Source: Candidatus Sericytochromatia bacterium (GTDB lineage Bacteria > Cyanobacteriota > Sericytochromatia > UBA7694). From it: a DNA stretch of 64,000 nt. Shown here in pieces: positions 40,318-51,127 of the stretch (position 1 is its first letter; the number at the start of each line of letters is the position of its first letter). The position numbers were made by a program, and so were the translations under genes. The stretch is taken from assembly GCA_963797915.1 (NCBI GenBank), contig CAWCRG010000010.1:218672-282671 (forward strand), given 5' to 3'. The notes under the pieces are model-generated. The model ran no database searches. It had not been told where the DNA came from and saw nothing but the letters and a program-made list of their open reading frames with translations.

Positions 40318-40665
40318 TTACTCTAAGATGTCAAAGCGAAAAAAAGTTTTACCCATGATTAGCTCATCCTGGTCTTTAATGGGTAAGGGTTCTCCCGGTA
40401 CCAGACGGGGACCACGATTAATATAGGTTCCGTTGAGGCTGCCCATGTCTTCAAGGGTATAGTGCCCCTCTTTGAATTGAATGCGGGAGTGCTTACGAGA
40501 TATTTTGGCTTCAATATCGTCATTGGTTAAGTCAATTTCAGGAAAAGCGCCGCCGTCAGGATCCCAGCGGCCAATAGAAACGGAGTCACTGTCAAGGGTA
40601 AATACTTTTCCCTGTGTTCCCCCACGTAAGATCGTTAACTTTGCTTTTGGTCGATTATCCGTCAA
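40318..40665 (-). CDS. stand-alone FHA domain protein
   Basis: 115-aa ORF: 'VSIGRWD...NDDIEAKISRKHSRIQFKEGHYTLEDMGSLNGTYIN'. Confidence 0.7.
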   Translation of the reverse strand: MTDNRPKAKLTILRGGTQGKVFTLDSDSVSIGRWDPDGGAFPEIDLTNDDIEAKISRKHSRIQFKEGHYTLEDMGSLNGTYINRGPRLVPGEPLPIKDQDELIMGKTFFRFDILE

Positions 40666-40844
40666 GGCCCTAGACTCCTGTTGAAATTACCATAGATTTG
40701 TCGTCCTATTCTAGCACGACAAGCCTCATTGTGACGACTAGCCGAAAGTCCTGCCCCTTATCTCTTTTACCAGAAAGGCAAAAAAAAAGTTTCAATCCAC
40801 TTGCACATCACTCTGAGGATGGATAAAATGAATTTACTGAATCC

Positions 40845-40917
40845 GGGCGGTTAGCTCAGTTGGTAGAGCAACTCGTTTACACCGAGTAGGTCACAAGTTC
40901 GAGTCTTGTACCGCCCA
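40845..40917 (+). tRNA. tRNA-Val (anticodon TAC), CCA not encoded
   Basis: Acceptor stem GGGCGGT/ACCGCCC, D-arm GCTCAGTTGGTAGAGC, anticodon stem ACTCG/CGAGT with loop TTTACAC, and T-arm ACAAGTTCGAGTCTTGT. Confidence 0.85.
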
Positions 40918-40934
40918 CTTCCCCCCCCTTTGAC

Positions 40935-40966
40935 TTCTTGAAAAGCTTTTCGAGAAGTTTTTTTGC
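40935..40966 (+). terminator. rho-independent terminator after tRNA-Val
   Basis: CTTCTTGAAA AGCT TTTCGAGAAG followed by TTTTTTT. Confidence 0.65.
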
Positions 40967-41057
40967 GTTTGGGGATTTATTGTCCAATTTAGATGTGATA
41001 AACTTATATTAAGATTAAGATTGGCTTTTAAAGTTATTTAAGAATGGTTAGAACTAT

Positions 41058-42365
41058 ATGAAATTAATTCGAAGTATGGCAGTCGCTTCTGCCGCCCTCG
41101 TCATGTTAGGCTGTAGTGTTCAGCCCCGCAACTTCAACACGGCTCCCCGTGGCCCCGTCGCAAATATTCAAAGTCAGAGCACAATAAGAGCAAAAGGCAT
41201 TGAGTACAGCGCAAATTTTGAGCCCACTTTTCAAAACTCATTTCTCTCTGCACGCCGCTTAGAAACAACGGGCAATACCGTTCTTAAAGTCGCTTACACC
41301 AGCAGCGAGCAAATCAACCAACTCAATGAACTGGGCATGGACGTGTGGATGGTTACCCAGAAATATGTGCTGGGACAGGTCAATGAAGAAGTTTTTGCCC
41401 GCTTACAAAACAGTCGTTTGCGCTTTGAATTAATTAGTCCTGAGCCCGGCGTAAGCCCGCTCAACACCTTTGACCCCAAGTACCACACTTATGAAGAGCT
41501 CCTGATGGAGCTGCGTGGAATTACAGGACAATATAGCCAAATCGCAAGTCTGCATGACATTGGTGACACCTGGGAAAAAACCCAGGGCATTGCCAATCGT
41601 GACCTCTGGGCTGTTCACCTGAGTGGCAAAGGCAATGCAGCTCAAAAGCCAGGGATTGCCTTTCTTGGAAATCACCATGCGCGTGAATTAGCGACCGTAG
41701 AAATTCCGCTAATGCTCATCAAGCACCTCACTGAAAACTATGGCCGTGACGCTGAAATCACACAGCTATTAGACACCCGCGACATCTGGATTGTGCCCAT
41801 GGTTAACCCCGATGGCCATATTCGCGCAGAAGGTGGCGAAAACTGGCGTAAAAACACCCACCGCTACAGCAACACACGCTCTATCGGTACTGACTTAAAC
41901 CGTAACTACGGTTATGAGTGGGGCGGCGGTGGTGCATCTACCTCTCCCAGCAGTGATACCTACCGGGGTGAAAGCGCTTTTTCTGAGCCAGAAACTCAGG
42001 CTGTTCGCGATTTCCTCGGAGCCCACAGTAACTTCAAAATCATGATGTCTTATCATAGTTTTAGTAACCTTATTCTTTACCCCTGGGGCTACACCAAAGC
42101 ACGCAACCCCAATCAAAAGCTCGTAGAAATTGGTCAAACGCTGGGGCAAATGACTGGCTATCGCCCACAACAGGCCGCTGATCTTTACGTTGCCTCGGGT
42201 ATCACTGACGACTACACTTTCGGTGAACTGGGTCTTTACTCTTACACGACCGAAATCGGCAGCTGGGGAGATGGTTTTGACCCTCCATATTCACGGGTCA
42301 ATGATTTCTGGAACGAAAATCGTGGTGCAGCCTTGTACCTCATCGATCAAGCCGGAAAACTCTAA
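41058..42365 (+). CDS. M14-family zinc carboxypeptidase, secreted/lipoprotein
   Basis: 435-aa ORF with signal peptide 'MAVASAALVMLGCS'. 'FLGNHHARELATVEI' supplies the HxxE zinc ligands and 'NPDGH' is also present. Confidence 0.8.
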   Translation: MKLIRSMAVASAALVMLGCSVQPRNFNTAPRGPVANIQSQSTIRAKGIEYSANFEPTFQNSFLSARRLETTGNTVLKVAYTSSEQINQLNELGMDVWMVTQKYVLGQVNEEVFARLQNSRLRFELISPEPGVSPLNTFDPKYHTYEELLMELRGITGQYSQIASLHDIGDTWEKTQGIANRDLWAVHLSGKGNAAQKPGIAFLGNHHARELATVEIPLMLIKHLTENYGRDAEITQLLDTRDIWIVPMVNPDGHIRAEGGENWRKNTHRYSNTRSIGTDLNRNYGYEWGGGGASTSPSSDTYRGESAFSEPETQAVRDFLGAHSNFKIMMSYHSFSNLILYPWGYTKARNPNQKLVEIGQTLGQMTGYRPQQAADLYVASGITDDYTFGELGLYSYTTEIGSWGDGFDPPYSRVNDFWNENRGAALYLIDQAGKL

Positions 42366-42391
42366 ACCTGAGTTAATTCGCATCTAATTCT

Positions 42392-42424
42392 AAACGGCCT
42401 ATCTGAGATAGGCCGTTTTATCTT
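42392..42424 (+). terminator. rho-independent terminator
   Basis: AACGGCCTATC TGA GATAGGCCGTT followed by TTATCTTT. Confidence 0.7.
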
Positions 42425-42433
42425 TGAGGTCTT

Positions 42434-43120
42434 ATGTCGTCTTTACACGTTTTCATCACACGTCTACTGATTATTTCTGTGGGTTTTCTCACCCGAAGGT
42501 TCTATCGCTTTGAAGTGCTCTGGGTGGGACCTAAACCCCGTCAAGCCTGGAAAAACATACGGGTATTTGCCTTCTTAAATCACACCAGTCTACTGGAGCC
42601 CTTATTCCTGGGTACACTGCCCATTTCTTTTTTATGGAACGCAGCCAAAAGAACCGTGGTTCCCGGCGCAGACATAACAATGAACCGGCCCATTGCCGGT
42701 ACCTTTTATAAGTACTTTTCACCCCGTACGGTATCGATTACCCGTGAGCGAGATGATTCCTGGAGTGGTTTTTTAGATGAAATTGAGCCTGACACGATGG
42801 TTGCATTGGCGCCTGAGGGACGCATGATGCGTGCCAACGGTCTTGATAAACATGGAAAGCCTATGAGTGTGCGGGGCGGTATTGCCGATATTTTATGTAA
42901 AGTACAAACCGGTAAAATGCTGATCGGTTATAGCGGAGGCCTGCACCATGTGAATGCGCCGGGGGAAAAGCGTATGCGTCTTTTTAAAACGCTTAAGATT
43001 CGCTATGAAATTTTAGACATCGCTGATTACTTAAAGACCTTTGATACCCGTGACCCCAAGCGCTTACGCAAATACGTTGCCGAGGACCTGGAAAAACGCC
43101 TACAGCAGCACAAACCCTGA
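42434..43120 (+). CDS. lysophospholipid acyltransferase (PlsC/LPLAT) family protein
   Basis: 228-aa ORF with 'NHTSLLEP' (H(x4)D/E-like block I) and 'APEGRMMR' (block III, PEGTR-like). Confidence 0.55.
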   Translation: MSSLHVFITRLLIISVGFLTRRFYRFEVLWVGPKPRQAWKNIRVFAFLNHTSLLEPLFLGTLPISFLWNAAKRTVVPGADITMNRPIAGTFYKYFSPRTVSITRERDDSWSGFLDEIEPDTMVALAPEGRMMRANGLDKHGKPMSVRGGIADILCKVQTGKMLIGYSGGLHHVNAPGEKRMRLFKTLKIRYEILDIADYLKTFDTRDPKRLRKYVAEDLEKRLQQHKP

Positions 43121-43129
43121 AGCCATTAA

Positions 43130-43354
43130 CTAGCCGTTGAACTGAAAGGGTTCGTCACCATACTGGCTTAGACTATCCGCCAGACTTTCAAACAGCTGCT
43201 CTGAGGGCTTATTTTTCTTTTTCTTTTTCTTTCCCTGTTCGTCTTTGCGGCGTTGATCGGGATCTTTACCTTCAAATTTTTCGACATGGGGAGTATAGTT
43301 AAAGTCGGGAACGTTATAAATACCATTAAGAGCCATGGTGATACCTCCTCGCAA
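43130..43354 (-). CDS. small Lys-rich hypothetical protein
   Basis: 74-aa ORF preceded by GGAGGT; contains a 'KKKKKKNK' stretch. No known domain. Confidence 0.35.
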   Translation of the reverse strand: MRGGITMALNGIYNVPDFNYTPHVEKFEGKDPDQRRKDEQGKKKKKKNKPSEQLFESLADSLSQYGDEPFQFNG

Positions 43355-43411
43355 ATTTACATAACTTAACTTCTATTATTATCTCAGGGAGCGCAAGCAT
43401 CATGAAGAGAT

Positions 43412-44080
43412 TTAATCAAGGTTTAATATATTGAGGTGAGGAATCTGTTGAAAAATAGCCTGATAGCGCTCTGTCAGCGCCAAATGAGCGCTTAAGTCTG
43501 TCTGCATTTTTTTAAGTTCTTCAGCACGAAAGCGTTTTTCTTTAAGGTTCTTCTCTAGAACTTCCACTTGCCTTGCGGTTTGAATAATTAATGCCGCAGA
43601 ACCTCTTTTTTCTGAGAGCTCAGCCATGCGTTCGTACAAAAGCTGACACTGATCATGGGCATGCAAAACCTGGGTCAAACGATCCAGGTACTGGGGAATT
43701 CGCTGAAAAAGCAAATCGCTTTGTTTACTTAAGCGCTTAACGTCCTCACGCTTACTCAGGGCATAACGATGGGTGTCTACCGACCACGATAATAAGGCAT
43801 TTAATTCCGCCGGCGTTGTTTCAGGAACGGATTGAATGGGATCTTCTTTTTTAAGCACCCGCACCCGACGACCAGTACTCGGAGTGGGTGAAAGACTTAA
43901 ATCATCACCCAAAAGTTCTTCAGGCTTCAGGTCCGGCTCTACTCCGGTGTGCCATTGTTCAAGATCTTCCAGGGTCAAACCCTGGGCTTTGGGAAGCTGA
44001 ATATCGGCCAGCGGTGCTTGTGATTCCAAAGGATATTGCCCTTCTCGCTCAAAATCACACATGCTTTTATTCCTGACCAA
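43412..44080 (-). CDS. hypothetical protein
   Basis: 222-aa ORF, largely helical. Its 5' end abuts or overlaps the lepA stop, so translational coupling is possible. Confidence 0.45.
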   Translation of the reverse strand: MVRNKSMCDFEREGQYPLESQAPLADIQLPKAQGLTLEDLEQWHTGVEPDLKPEELLGDDLSLSPTPSTGRRVRVLKKEDPIQSVPETTPAELNALLSWSVDTHRYALSKREDVKRLSKQSDLLFQRIPQYLDRLTQVLHAHDQCQLLYERMAELSEKRGSAALIIQTARQVEVLEKNLKEKRFRAEELKKMQTDLSAHLALTERYQAIFQQIPHLNILNLD

Positions 44081-45896
44081 TTTTCAGAATCGCCATAAAG
44101 GCATCCTGGGGCACTTCCACCCGTCCCACGTTTTTCATGCGTTTTTTACCGGCTTTTTGCTTCTCTAAAAGTTTACGTTTGCGGCTAATATCTCCGCCAT
44201 AGCACTTGTCCAATACGTTTTTACGCATCGCTTTGACGGTTTCACGACTCACCACGCGGCTGCCAATAGCGGCCTGAATAGGCACCTCAAACATTTGCCG
44301 AGGAATGATCTCTTTGAGCTTGACGGTCAATTGACGACCCACAAACTGCGCTTTGTCCTTAGGAACAATGGTCGACAAGGCATCAACAATCTCACCATTG
44401 AGTAAAATGTCTAGCTTTACCAATTTGGCGTCGCGCATGCCGATCATTTCATAATCCAAAGACGCGTAGCCCGAACTTTTTGATTTGAGCTGATCAAAGA
44501 AATCGGCCATCATCTCATTCAGGGGCAGCTCGTAAATTAACGTCACACGCTGAGGAGTAGGGTAGTCCATGCTTTTAAAGATACCCCGGCGTCCCTGCGC
44601 CAATTCCATCATCGCGCCCACATATTCCTTGGGGGCAATAATGGTGACATTTACATAGGGCTCAGACATAGAGGCTATGTTTTGAGCATCCGGTAGGTTT
44701 TGAGGATTATCGATCGATATGGTTTCTCCATCCATGGTAACCACTTCATAAACAACGCTCGGAGCGGTGGCTATCAGGCTAATATTGTACTCGCGCTCCA
44801 GACGCTCCTGAATAATTTCCATATGCAAAAGCCCTAAGAAGCCGCAACGGAAGCCAAAGCCCAGGGCATTTGAGGACTCAGGCTCAAAAGCCAGGGCTGC
44901 ATCGTTCAGTTGAAGTTTGCCCAGCGCTTCTTTGAGCTCCATATAATCATCGGAGTCCACAGGGTACAGGCCACAAAAAACCATCGGGATGGCGGGGCGA
45001 TAACCGGGCCAGGGCTCTTTTGCGTCATTGTCCACCAGCGTAATGGTGTCTCCAACCCGTGCATGTTGTACATCTTTAATTTCTGCAGAAAGGTAACCGG
45101 TTTCACCCACACCCAGTTGGTCTACTGGCTTACGGGTGGGTAAGAGTACGCCCAGCTCTGTCACTTCGTACTTTTTATCAGACACCATAAAGCGAATTTT
45201 GTCGCCCTTGTTTAGCGTGCCCTGGAAAATACGAAAAAAGACAACCGTCCCCCGGTAAGGATCATACACCGAGTCAAAAATCAAGGCCTTCAAAGGGTCT
45301 GCTGGCCCTCCCTTTGGGGGAGGAACATGCTTAACAATCGCTTCCAGCAATTCGGTAATGCCGATACCTTGTTTGGCACTGGTGAGAATGGCTTCACTGG
45401 CATCAATGCCCAGCTCATCTAATTGTTCTTTGGCACTCTCTACATCAGCACTGGGTAAATCAATTTTGTTAATGACGGGAATAATTTCTAGATTATGCTC
45501 GAGAGCCAGATATAGATTGGCAATCGTTTGCGCCTCTACGCCCTGGGTGGCATCAATAATGAGCAAAGCCCCTTCACAGGCAGCCAGGCTGCGAGAAACT
45601 TCATAATTAAAGTCCACGTGACCTGGCGTATCAATCAGGTTTAGCACATAATCTTCGCCGTCAGAAGCCTTATAGTTAAGACGTGCCGACTGCGACTTAA
45701 TGGTAATGCCACGCTCTCTTTCAATGTCCAGGTTATCCAAAACCTGTTGGGTCATCTCCCGTTGAGACAAGGCGCCTGTGGTTTCAATCAGGCGGTCAGC
45801 CAGCGTCGATTTACCGTGATCAATATGGGCAATAATCGAAAAATTGCGAATTTTATCAATGGGGGTCACTTTAGGTTTCCGTTTCTGTCGCTTCAA
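44067..45896 (-). CDS. lepA: translation elongation factor 4 (LepA)
   Basis: '[21 protein letters not shown]', 'DTPGHVDF' and 'NKIDLP'. The track start overlaps the gyrA 3' end by 26 nt, so the true start may be internal. Confidence 0.9.
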   Translation of the reverse strand: MKRQKRKPKVTPIDKIRNFSIIAHIDHGKSTLADRLIETTGALSQREMTQQVLDNLDIERERGITIKSQSARLNYKASDGEDYVLNLIDTPGHVDFNYEVSRSLAACEGALLIIDATQGVEAQTIANLYLALEHNLEIIPVINKIDLPSADVESAKEQLDELGIDASEAILTSAKQGIGITELLEAIVKHVPPPKGGPADPLKALIFDSVYDPYRGTVVFFRIFQGTLNKGDKIRFMVSDKKYEVTELGVLLPTRKPVDQLGVGETGYLSAEIKDVQHARVGDTITLVDNDAKEPWPGYRPAIPMVFCGLYPVDSDDYMELKEALGKLQLNDAALAFEPESSNALGFGFRCGFLGLLHMEIIQERLEREYNISLIATAPSVVYEVVTMDGETISIDNPQNLPDAQNIASMSEPYVNVTIIAPKEYVGAMMELAQGRRGIFKSMDYPTPQRVTLIYELPLNEMMADFFDQLKSKSSGYASLDYEMIGMRDAKLVKLDILLNGEIVDALSTIVPKDKAQFVGRQLTVKLKEIIPRQMFEVPIQAAIGSRVVSRETVKAMRKNVLDKCYGGDISRKRKLLEKQKAGKKRMKNVGRVEVPQDAFMAILKIGQE

Positions 45897-48405
45897 CTGC
45901 TACATCGGTATTTTCAATCACTGAATCTATACCGATATCTTCGGTATTTTCAGTCTCATCAACTTCTTCGGACTCCTTAATCACCACGCGAGCCACACCA
46001 ACAATGGTGTCATCAGAATCTAAACGCTGCATAATCATGCCCTTTGCGCCCCGTTTATAGGTACCAATCGTGGATACGCCCTGGCGTATAATCACCCCTT
46101 TGGTGGTAATGATCATGACTTCATCATCGTCACGTACCGCAAGGACTGTAGACACTTTGCCATCCTGACGCAGCTTAATATTAATCACGCCAGAACCATT
46201 ACGGTTTTGTAAGCGGTAGTCAATGACTTCGGTCCGCTTCCCGTAACCGTTGGTGGTGACGGTCAAAATATTTTCTCCGGGCTCAGGCACGGCCATTCCC
46301 ACAATATAATCATGATCCCGAAGGCGCATTGACTTCACACCACGGGTACTACGGCCCATTGAACGGACGTCAGACTCTGAAAACAGAATCGATTTTCCTT
46401 CGGCGGTGCCTACAAGCACTTGTTGCTGACCATCAGTGAGCTTCACCCATTCAAGGGTATCGTCATCATCCAGGCGAATGGCAATCAAACCAGAGCGGCG
46501 AATATTTTTATACGCGCTGAGCTCTGTTTTTTTAATCAGGCCTTTACGGGTTAAACTCATGAGGTAATGCTCATCGTCAAACTCAGAGATGGTTAACATC
46601 GCCGTTACCGATTCATTTGGCTCTAGCTCTAACAAATTAGCAATGCTGTTTCCTTTGGCCTGACGGCTGGTTTCAGGAATTTCATAAACCTTGAGACCGT
46701 ATACGCGGCCGCGGGTGGTAAAAAAGAGGAGGTTTTCATGAGCCGAAGTGGCAGAAAAATGCTGGATATAGTCTTCATCCCGCATTTGCATACCCGAGAT
46801 GCCCCGTCCACCGCGCTTCTGCTGTTCAAAAGAATCTAAGTGCATGCGTTTGATATAGCCTTTGGACGTCATAATGACGACATTGGGCTCATTGGGAATC
46901 AGATCTTCGTAAGTAAAATCACCAGGGTCGACTTCAAACTGCGTGCGGCGACCGTCTTCATACTTCTCAGCCAGCTCATCGAGCTCTCCAAGAATGATCT
47001 CATTAACACGCTCAGGAGAAGAAAGAATGGCCTGAAAAGATTCAATCTGACCGTTGAGTTCTGTTTGTTCGTCCAGCAGACGCTGGGTCTCCAGGCCGGT
47101 TAAACGACGCAACTGCATGTCCATAACGGCAGAAGCCTGGGTGCTGCTCAGCTCAAACTCAGCAATTAAACCCTCTTGTGCCTCTGTAGCACTCCCGGCA
47201 GCACGAATAAGAACAATCGCCCGATCGAGATTGTCCATGATTTTCAAGAAGCCCAGTACCAGATGCAGGCGCGCATCGGCTTTGGTTAGGTAAAACTGCG
47301 TGCGGCGACGCACCACTTCAACCCGGTGCTTCAAAAACTCGACGAGAATTTCTTTAAGGTTTAATATGCGGGGCTGGTTATTAACCAACGCCACCATATT
47401 AAAGCTATAGTTGGACTGCAAACGGGTTTGCTGAAAAAGGTTATTTAAGACCACCTGAGAGTTAGCGTCTCGTTTAAGCTCAATACGAATGCGCATACCG
47501 TTGCGGTCAGACTCATCTCGTAGATCGGCAATACCTTCGAGTTTGCCATTCTGAACCAGGTCGGCAATTTGCTCGATCAAGCGGGTTTTATTGAGCTGAA
47601 AAGGAATTTCCTTAACGATCAGTTTATCCCGCTCGCGATTGCCCCCTTCTTCGAACTCCACTTTTGCTCTGACGGTCACCGATCCCCGACCGGTTTCGTA
47701 GGCCTGGCGAATACCGCGCTTGCCCAACAAAATGCCGCCCGTGGGAAAATCAGGGCCTTTGACGAATTGTAAAAGGTCAACAACCGTCGCTTCGGGCTCT
47801 GACATCAGGTGACGCAGGGCGTCCACCAGCTCTCCCAGGTTGTGGGGAGGGATTTCGGTGGCCATACCGACAGCAATACCGGTAACACCATTGACCAGAA
47901 GATTAGGGGCCTTGCTGGGCATGACTCTGGGTTCGTCAAGCGAGCCATCAAAGTTAGGCGAAAAATCAACCGTTTCGCAATCTAAATCCTGCAAAAGCTC
48001 CGTGGCATATTTGGTTAAGCGGGCCTCGGTATAACGCATGGCGGCAGCGGAATCACCGTCTACAGAACCAAAGTTCCCCTGACCATCCACCAGGAGCTGG
48101 CGGACCGAAAAGTTTTGTGCCATACGCACCATCGAGTCATAAACCGCCGTGTCACCGTGAGGGTGATATTTACCCAGGACTTCCCCGACGATACGGGCGC
48201 TTTTTTTGAAGGGCTTGTCTGGCGTCATTCCCATCTCACCCATGGCATATAAAATCCGCCGGTGAACGGGTTTTAAGCCATCTCTGACGTCCGGCAGGGC
48301 GCGAGAGACAATGACCGACATCGCATAATCCATGAAGGAGGCTTTCATTTCATCCTGAATGGTAATGGTCGGTTGATTATTGGGTAAGGTGGGCAAGTCT
48401 GTCAT
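45871..48405 (-). CDS. gyrA: DNA gyrase subunit A
   Basis: '[26 protein letters not shown]' places the active-site Tyr region. A GyrA-box '[11 protein letters not shown]' sits in the C-terminal beta-pinwheel. 844 aa. Confidence 0.9.
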   Translation of the reverse strand: MTDLPTLPNNQPTITIQDEMKASFMDYAMSVIVSRALPDVRDGLKPVHRRILYAMGEMGMTPDKPFKKSARIVGEVLGKYHPHGDTAVYDSMVRMAQNFSVRQLLVDGQGNFGSVDGDSAAAMRYTEARLTKYATELLQDLDCETVDFSPNFDGSLDEPRVMPSKAPNLLVNGVTGIAVGMATEIPPHNLGELVDALRHLMSEPEATVVDLLQFVKGPDFPTGGILLGKRGIRQAYETGRGSVTVRAKVEFEEGGNRERDKLIVKEIPFQLNKTRLIEQIADLVQNGKLEGIADLRDESDRNGMRIRIELKRDANSQVVLNNLFQQTRLQSNYSFNMVALVNNQPRILNLKEILVEFLKHRVEVVRRRTQFYLTKADARLHLVLGFLKIMDNLDRAIVLIRAAGSATEAQEGLIAEFELSSTQASAVMDMQLRRLTGLETQRLLDEQTELNGQIESFQAILSSPERVNEIILGELDELAEKYEDGRRTQFEVDPGDFTYEDLIPNEPNVVIMTSKGYIKRMHLDSFEQQKRGGRGISGMQMRDEDYIQHFSATSAHENLLFFTTRGRVYGLKVYEIPETSRQAKGNSIANLLELEPNESVTAMLTISEFDDEHYLMSLTRKGLIKKTELSAYKNIRRSGLIAIRLDDDDTLEWVKLTDGQQQVLVGTAEGKSILFSESDVRSMGRSTRGVKSMRLRDHDYIVGMAVPEPGENILTVTTNGYGKRTEVIDYRLQNRNGSGVINIKLRQDGKVSTVLAVRDDDEVMIITTKGVIIRQGVSTIGTYKRGAKGMIMQRLDSDDTIVGVARVVIKESEEVDETENTEDIGIDSVIENTDVAVEATETET

Positions 48406-48505
48406 GTGATGCTCTTTCTCATTAAAAGGTCTGCATCATTATACCGCGTTTCACGGGGAATTAGGGGCAAAAACTCAGGTTTCACAAGGCATTCAGACCG
48501 GAGTT

Positions 48506-49792
48506 TTAACGGGATGGGGTTCGGGTTTCTACGCGAAAGATAAAACCACTTTTAAAGGTCCAGATTTCATAGTCACTAAGCACATCCCCCTGAGCGTCAA
48601 AGTCCACATTTCCTGAAGCGCCCTCGTAATTTACAGACTCTCCTTGCGCCAGCGCAAGCAAGGCCTCTTTTAAGCTTTTTTCACCGGGCCCCACCACTTT
48701 ACCGGGCGGAGAAGAAACCTCCCGCAGAGCGTCTGCAAAAGACATTTCAGGGCGCTGAGCACGGCGCTGTGCCGCCAGAGCAGCTAAAGCCACTGCATCA
48801 TAAGTGTGGGCAGCAAAGCTCACCGGAATTTCCTGGTAAGCCGCCAGATAATCCTGCTCAAAACGCGCCGAGGCCTCCTGGGGAAGCGAGGAGGGTATCG
48901 TCCCAAAAGACTGGTCAAGTCGAAAGGGCTCTTTGACCCCGGCCACGGTTTGGGCTGCTTTTAAACCATCAGAAAAAAACCACTTCACCTGAGGCTGTAA
49001 CGCACTCGTAATCCAGGCATTAAAAATATCCGGCGCCTCCTGAGGGTAGCCAATCAGACAAATGCCATCCACAGGTGTCTGAAGAAACACGGGCACACTG
49101 GATATTAAGCTTTCCGTATCCCCCTGAAGGTAGGGTAAGTTTTGAACAATCTCTCCGCCAAGCGCAACAAAAGCACTGGCCAATGTTTCTTTGAGGGAGA
49201 CGCCATAAGCGTCGTCCTGGTAAATAAGCCCGAGACGCCTCACCCCACTTTCATAAATGCGCTCTGCCAGCACCGTTCCCTGAAAGGCATCTGAGGGTGC
49301 TGTGCGAAAAAACAGATCCGAAGTATCGGCAGTGGTAAAAGAAGAAGCCGTTGATGCCGGTGAAATCATTGAAAAACGCTCTTGCTGCGCCAGTTTAAGC
49401 ACTTCTCTGCTCACCTGAGAGCTCGAAGCACCAATGACCACGTCTGGTTTACCGGTACGCAGATAAGCAGACAGCTGTTCAAGGGCTATCTCAGCAGAAG
49501 TCCCCGAGTCCAAATGGTCCAAACGCAAGCGGCCAGAGGACAAGCCGCCAGCCTGATTAATGTGCAATGCAGCAAGCTTTGCAGCCCGTTCACGCGAAGG
49601 ACCTTTACTGGCCAGGGAACCCGTTAGGGGAAGCAAAGTAACCAAACGCAGCCCTGCATCTGACGAAGAAAGAGGAGACTGCGGTGTAGGCGAGACAAGT
49701 TGAGGAGCAAGCTGATGACACGCGCTTAGAAACCCCAAACAGGAGCAAGTCAAAACAGCGAGCAAACAGAGCGCGCGTTGCGTTAAAGCCAC
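48506..49792 (-). CDS. periplasmic binding protein, type 1 (Leu/Ile/Val-type ABC SBP-like) lipoprotein
   Basis: 428-aa ORF with lipobox 'GFLSAC' and 'DVVIGASSSQVSREVLKLAQQERFSMISPAS'. Confidence 0.65.
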   Translation of the reverse strand: MALTQRALCLLAVLTCSCLGFLSACHQLAPQLVSPTPQSPLSSSDAGLRLVTLLPLTGSLASKGPSRERAAKLAALHINQAGGLSSGRLRLDHLDSGTSAEIALEQLSAYLRTGKPDVVIGASSSQVSREVLKLAQQERFSMISPASTASSFTTADTSDLFFRTAPSDAFQGTVLAERIYESGVRRLGLIYQDDAYGVSLKETLASAFVALGGEIVQNLPYLQGDTESLISSVPVFLQTPVDGICLIGYPQEAPDIFNAWITSALQPQVKWFFSDGLKAAQTVAGVKEPFRLDQSFGTIPSSLPQEASARFEQDYLAAYQEIPVSFAAHTYDAVALAALAAQRRAQRPEMSFADALREVSSPPGKVVGPGEKSLKEALLALAQGESVNYEGASGNVDFDAQGDVLSDYEIWTFKSGFIFRVETRTPSR

Positions 49793-49796
49793 TGAT

Positions 49797-50924
49797 TTAA
49801 GGGACGATATTAACGGTGATTTTGTGACTCAAACGGCTGTCATCAAGAGCGCGAGCCTCTAGCTGAACCTGACCTGGCTGTAGCCCCAGGAGCGTTCCGT
49901 CTGCTTGAACCGAAGCCACGTCGCCTGCGGAGGTTGACCAGCTCACGGCATGAGTTTGCGTTTGGTCTGCAAAAGTTGTCACCGCGGAGTAAGCAACGGG
50001 CTGACCCACCTTAAGGGTTTTTACACCCTCCTGAATTTGGATCGCCTGGGGTGCAATATATGCCGGTAAAGCGGAGACAAAATCCTGAACAGCCGTGTTA
50101 ATTAAAGCCTGATCGGCGGTGCTTTTAAAGCGCTTCTGCAAAGCATCTGCGACGGTCGCTTCAAGACTCTGAATATTGGCGTTGAGGTAAGCCAGGTTAA
50201 CCTGTTTACCCTGTCGAGCAGCTTCTTCTTTCACGAGTTTAACCGCGGTAGATCCCAGGTCAAGATCTGCAGCCATCGTCTGACCGGCGTCGGCGGTGGT
50301 TAAACGGGTCTGCAGGTTGAGCAGCGGGTGCTCTGCACGGAGGTCATAATTGGCATTGGGCTTGAGTTGAGGAAGTACGTAAGAAGCCACAAAGAAGGGT
50401 TGACCATTAATAAACTGAATCACGGTATGGTTAATGGTCGCGTCCTGAACGCTGCCCGTTTCGGCCACGCTAATTTTGAAGTTGTCTCTGAAGAACTCCA
50501 CCCAAAAGCTGGTGGCCAGCCCCTGGGACTTCAGCGAGCGAATGCCAAAAATAGATTGGGCGGCCAAAATACCCTGAGGTGGAGCGGTTAAGCCCTGAGG
50601 CGGAGCCGTCAGACCCTGAGGAGGAGCCGTCAAGCCCTGAGGAGGAGCGGTCAATTGACCGAGTTCGGCAGCTCCAAGAATAAGATTTGCGGGAATTTTA
50701 AGCTGACCCGTTAACCCCACATTGGTATTGGCTGGCTTGAGGGCATAAGTGGGAACATTATCCACGTCTACACTTTGCAGGCTTTGTAAAGCGTTGATGC
50801 TATTACTCGAATTACTATCGACACCCGCAGGCGATACCGGGGATGACTCGGCACAAGCGCTTACCAGAAGAAGTGTGCACGCTAAAGAGATACTTGAACG
50901 GGAAAAATGTGAAAGATAGTTCAT
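49797..50924 (-). CDS. lipoprotein with 4x LTAPPQG heptad repeats and C-terminal Big_2-like Ig domain
   Basis: 375-aa ORF with lipobox 'LLLVSACA'. 'LTAPPQGLTAPPQGLTAPPQGLTAPPQG' is encoded by a 21-nt tandem repeat at 50571-50654. The C-terminus 'VSWSTSAGDVASVQADGTLLGLQPGQVQLEARAL' is Big_2-like. Confidence 0.55.
   Translation of the reverse strand: MNYLSHFSRSSISLACTLLLVSACAESSPVSPAGVDSNSSNSINALQSLQSVDVDNVPTYALKPANTNVGLTGQLKIPANLILGAAELGQLTAPPQGLTAPPQGLTAPPQGLTAPPQGILAAQSIFGIRSLKSQGLATSFWVEFFRDNFKISVAETGSVQDATINHTVIQFINGQPFFVASYVLPQLKPNANYDLRAEHPLLNLQTRLTTADAGQTMAADLDLGSTAVKLVKEEAARQGKQVNLAYLNANIQSLEATVADALQKRFKSTADQALINTAVQDFVSALPAYIAPQAIQIQEGVKTLKVGQPVAYSAVTTFADQTQTHAVSWSTSAGDVASVQADGTLLGLQPGQVQLEARALDDSRLSHKITVNIVP
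50571..50654. repeat. 4 x 21-nt perfect/near-perfect tandem repeat (coding)
   Basis: CCCTGAGG(C/A)GGAGC(C/G)GT(C/T)A(G/A)(A/G) units repeat within the lipoprotein gene. Confidence 0.7.
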
Positions 50925-51127
50925 TTTGTTGCCTCAAATTCAAAACTTTGCCTTAATTATAACACTTTTAACGAGAAGACAGCAGTCATTCACGGGGCGT
51001 TTTAATACTCCCCCTGCTGACGATCCTGAAATGTCATGTTAAGATGAGGTAATACGATTCAGGCAACAGGTTAAAAAACGTTATCTGGAACTTAAACTAA
51101 GCAAGGCAGAGGTTTGACAAACAGACT

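Noticed and set aside
40845-43120. tRNA-Val as a possible integration site for a mobile element
   Set aside because: No integrase, excisionase, direct repeat of the tRNA 3' end, or compositional shift occurs downstream. The following genes (M14 peptidase, acyltransferase) look like ordinary chromosomal genes.
45871-45896. 26-nt overlap between gyrA 3' end and lepA 5' end
   Set aside because: It probably just reflects an over-extended lepA start in the ORF track. LepA homology begins at '...[16 protein letters not shown]', so a downstream GTG/ATG start removes the overlap.
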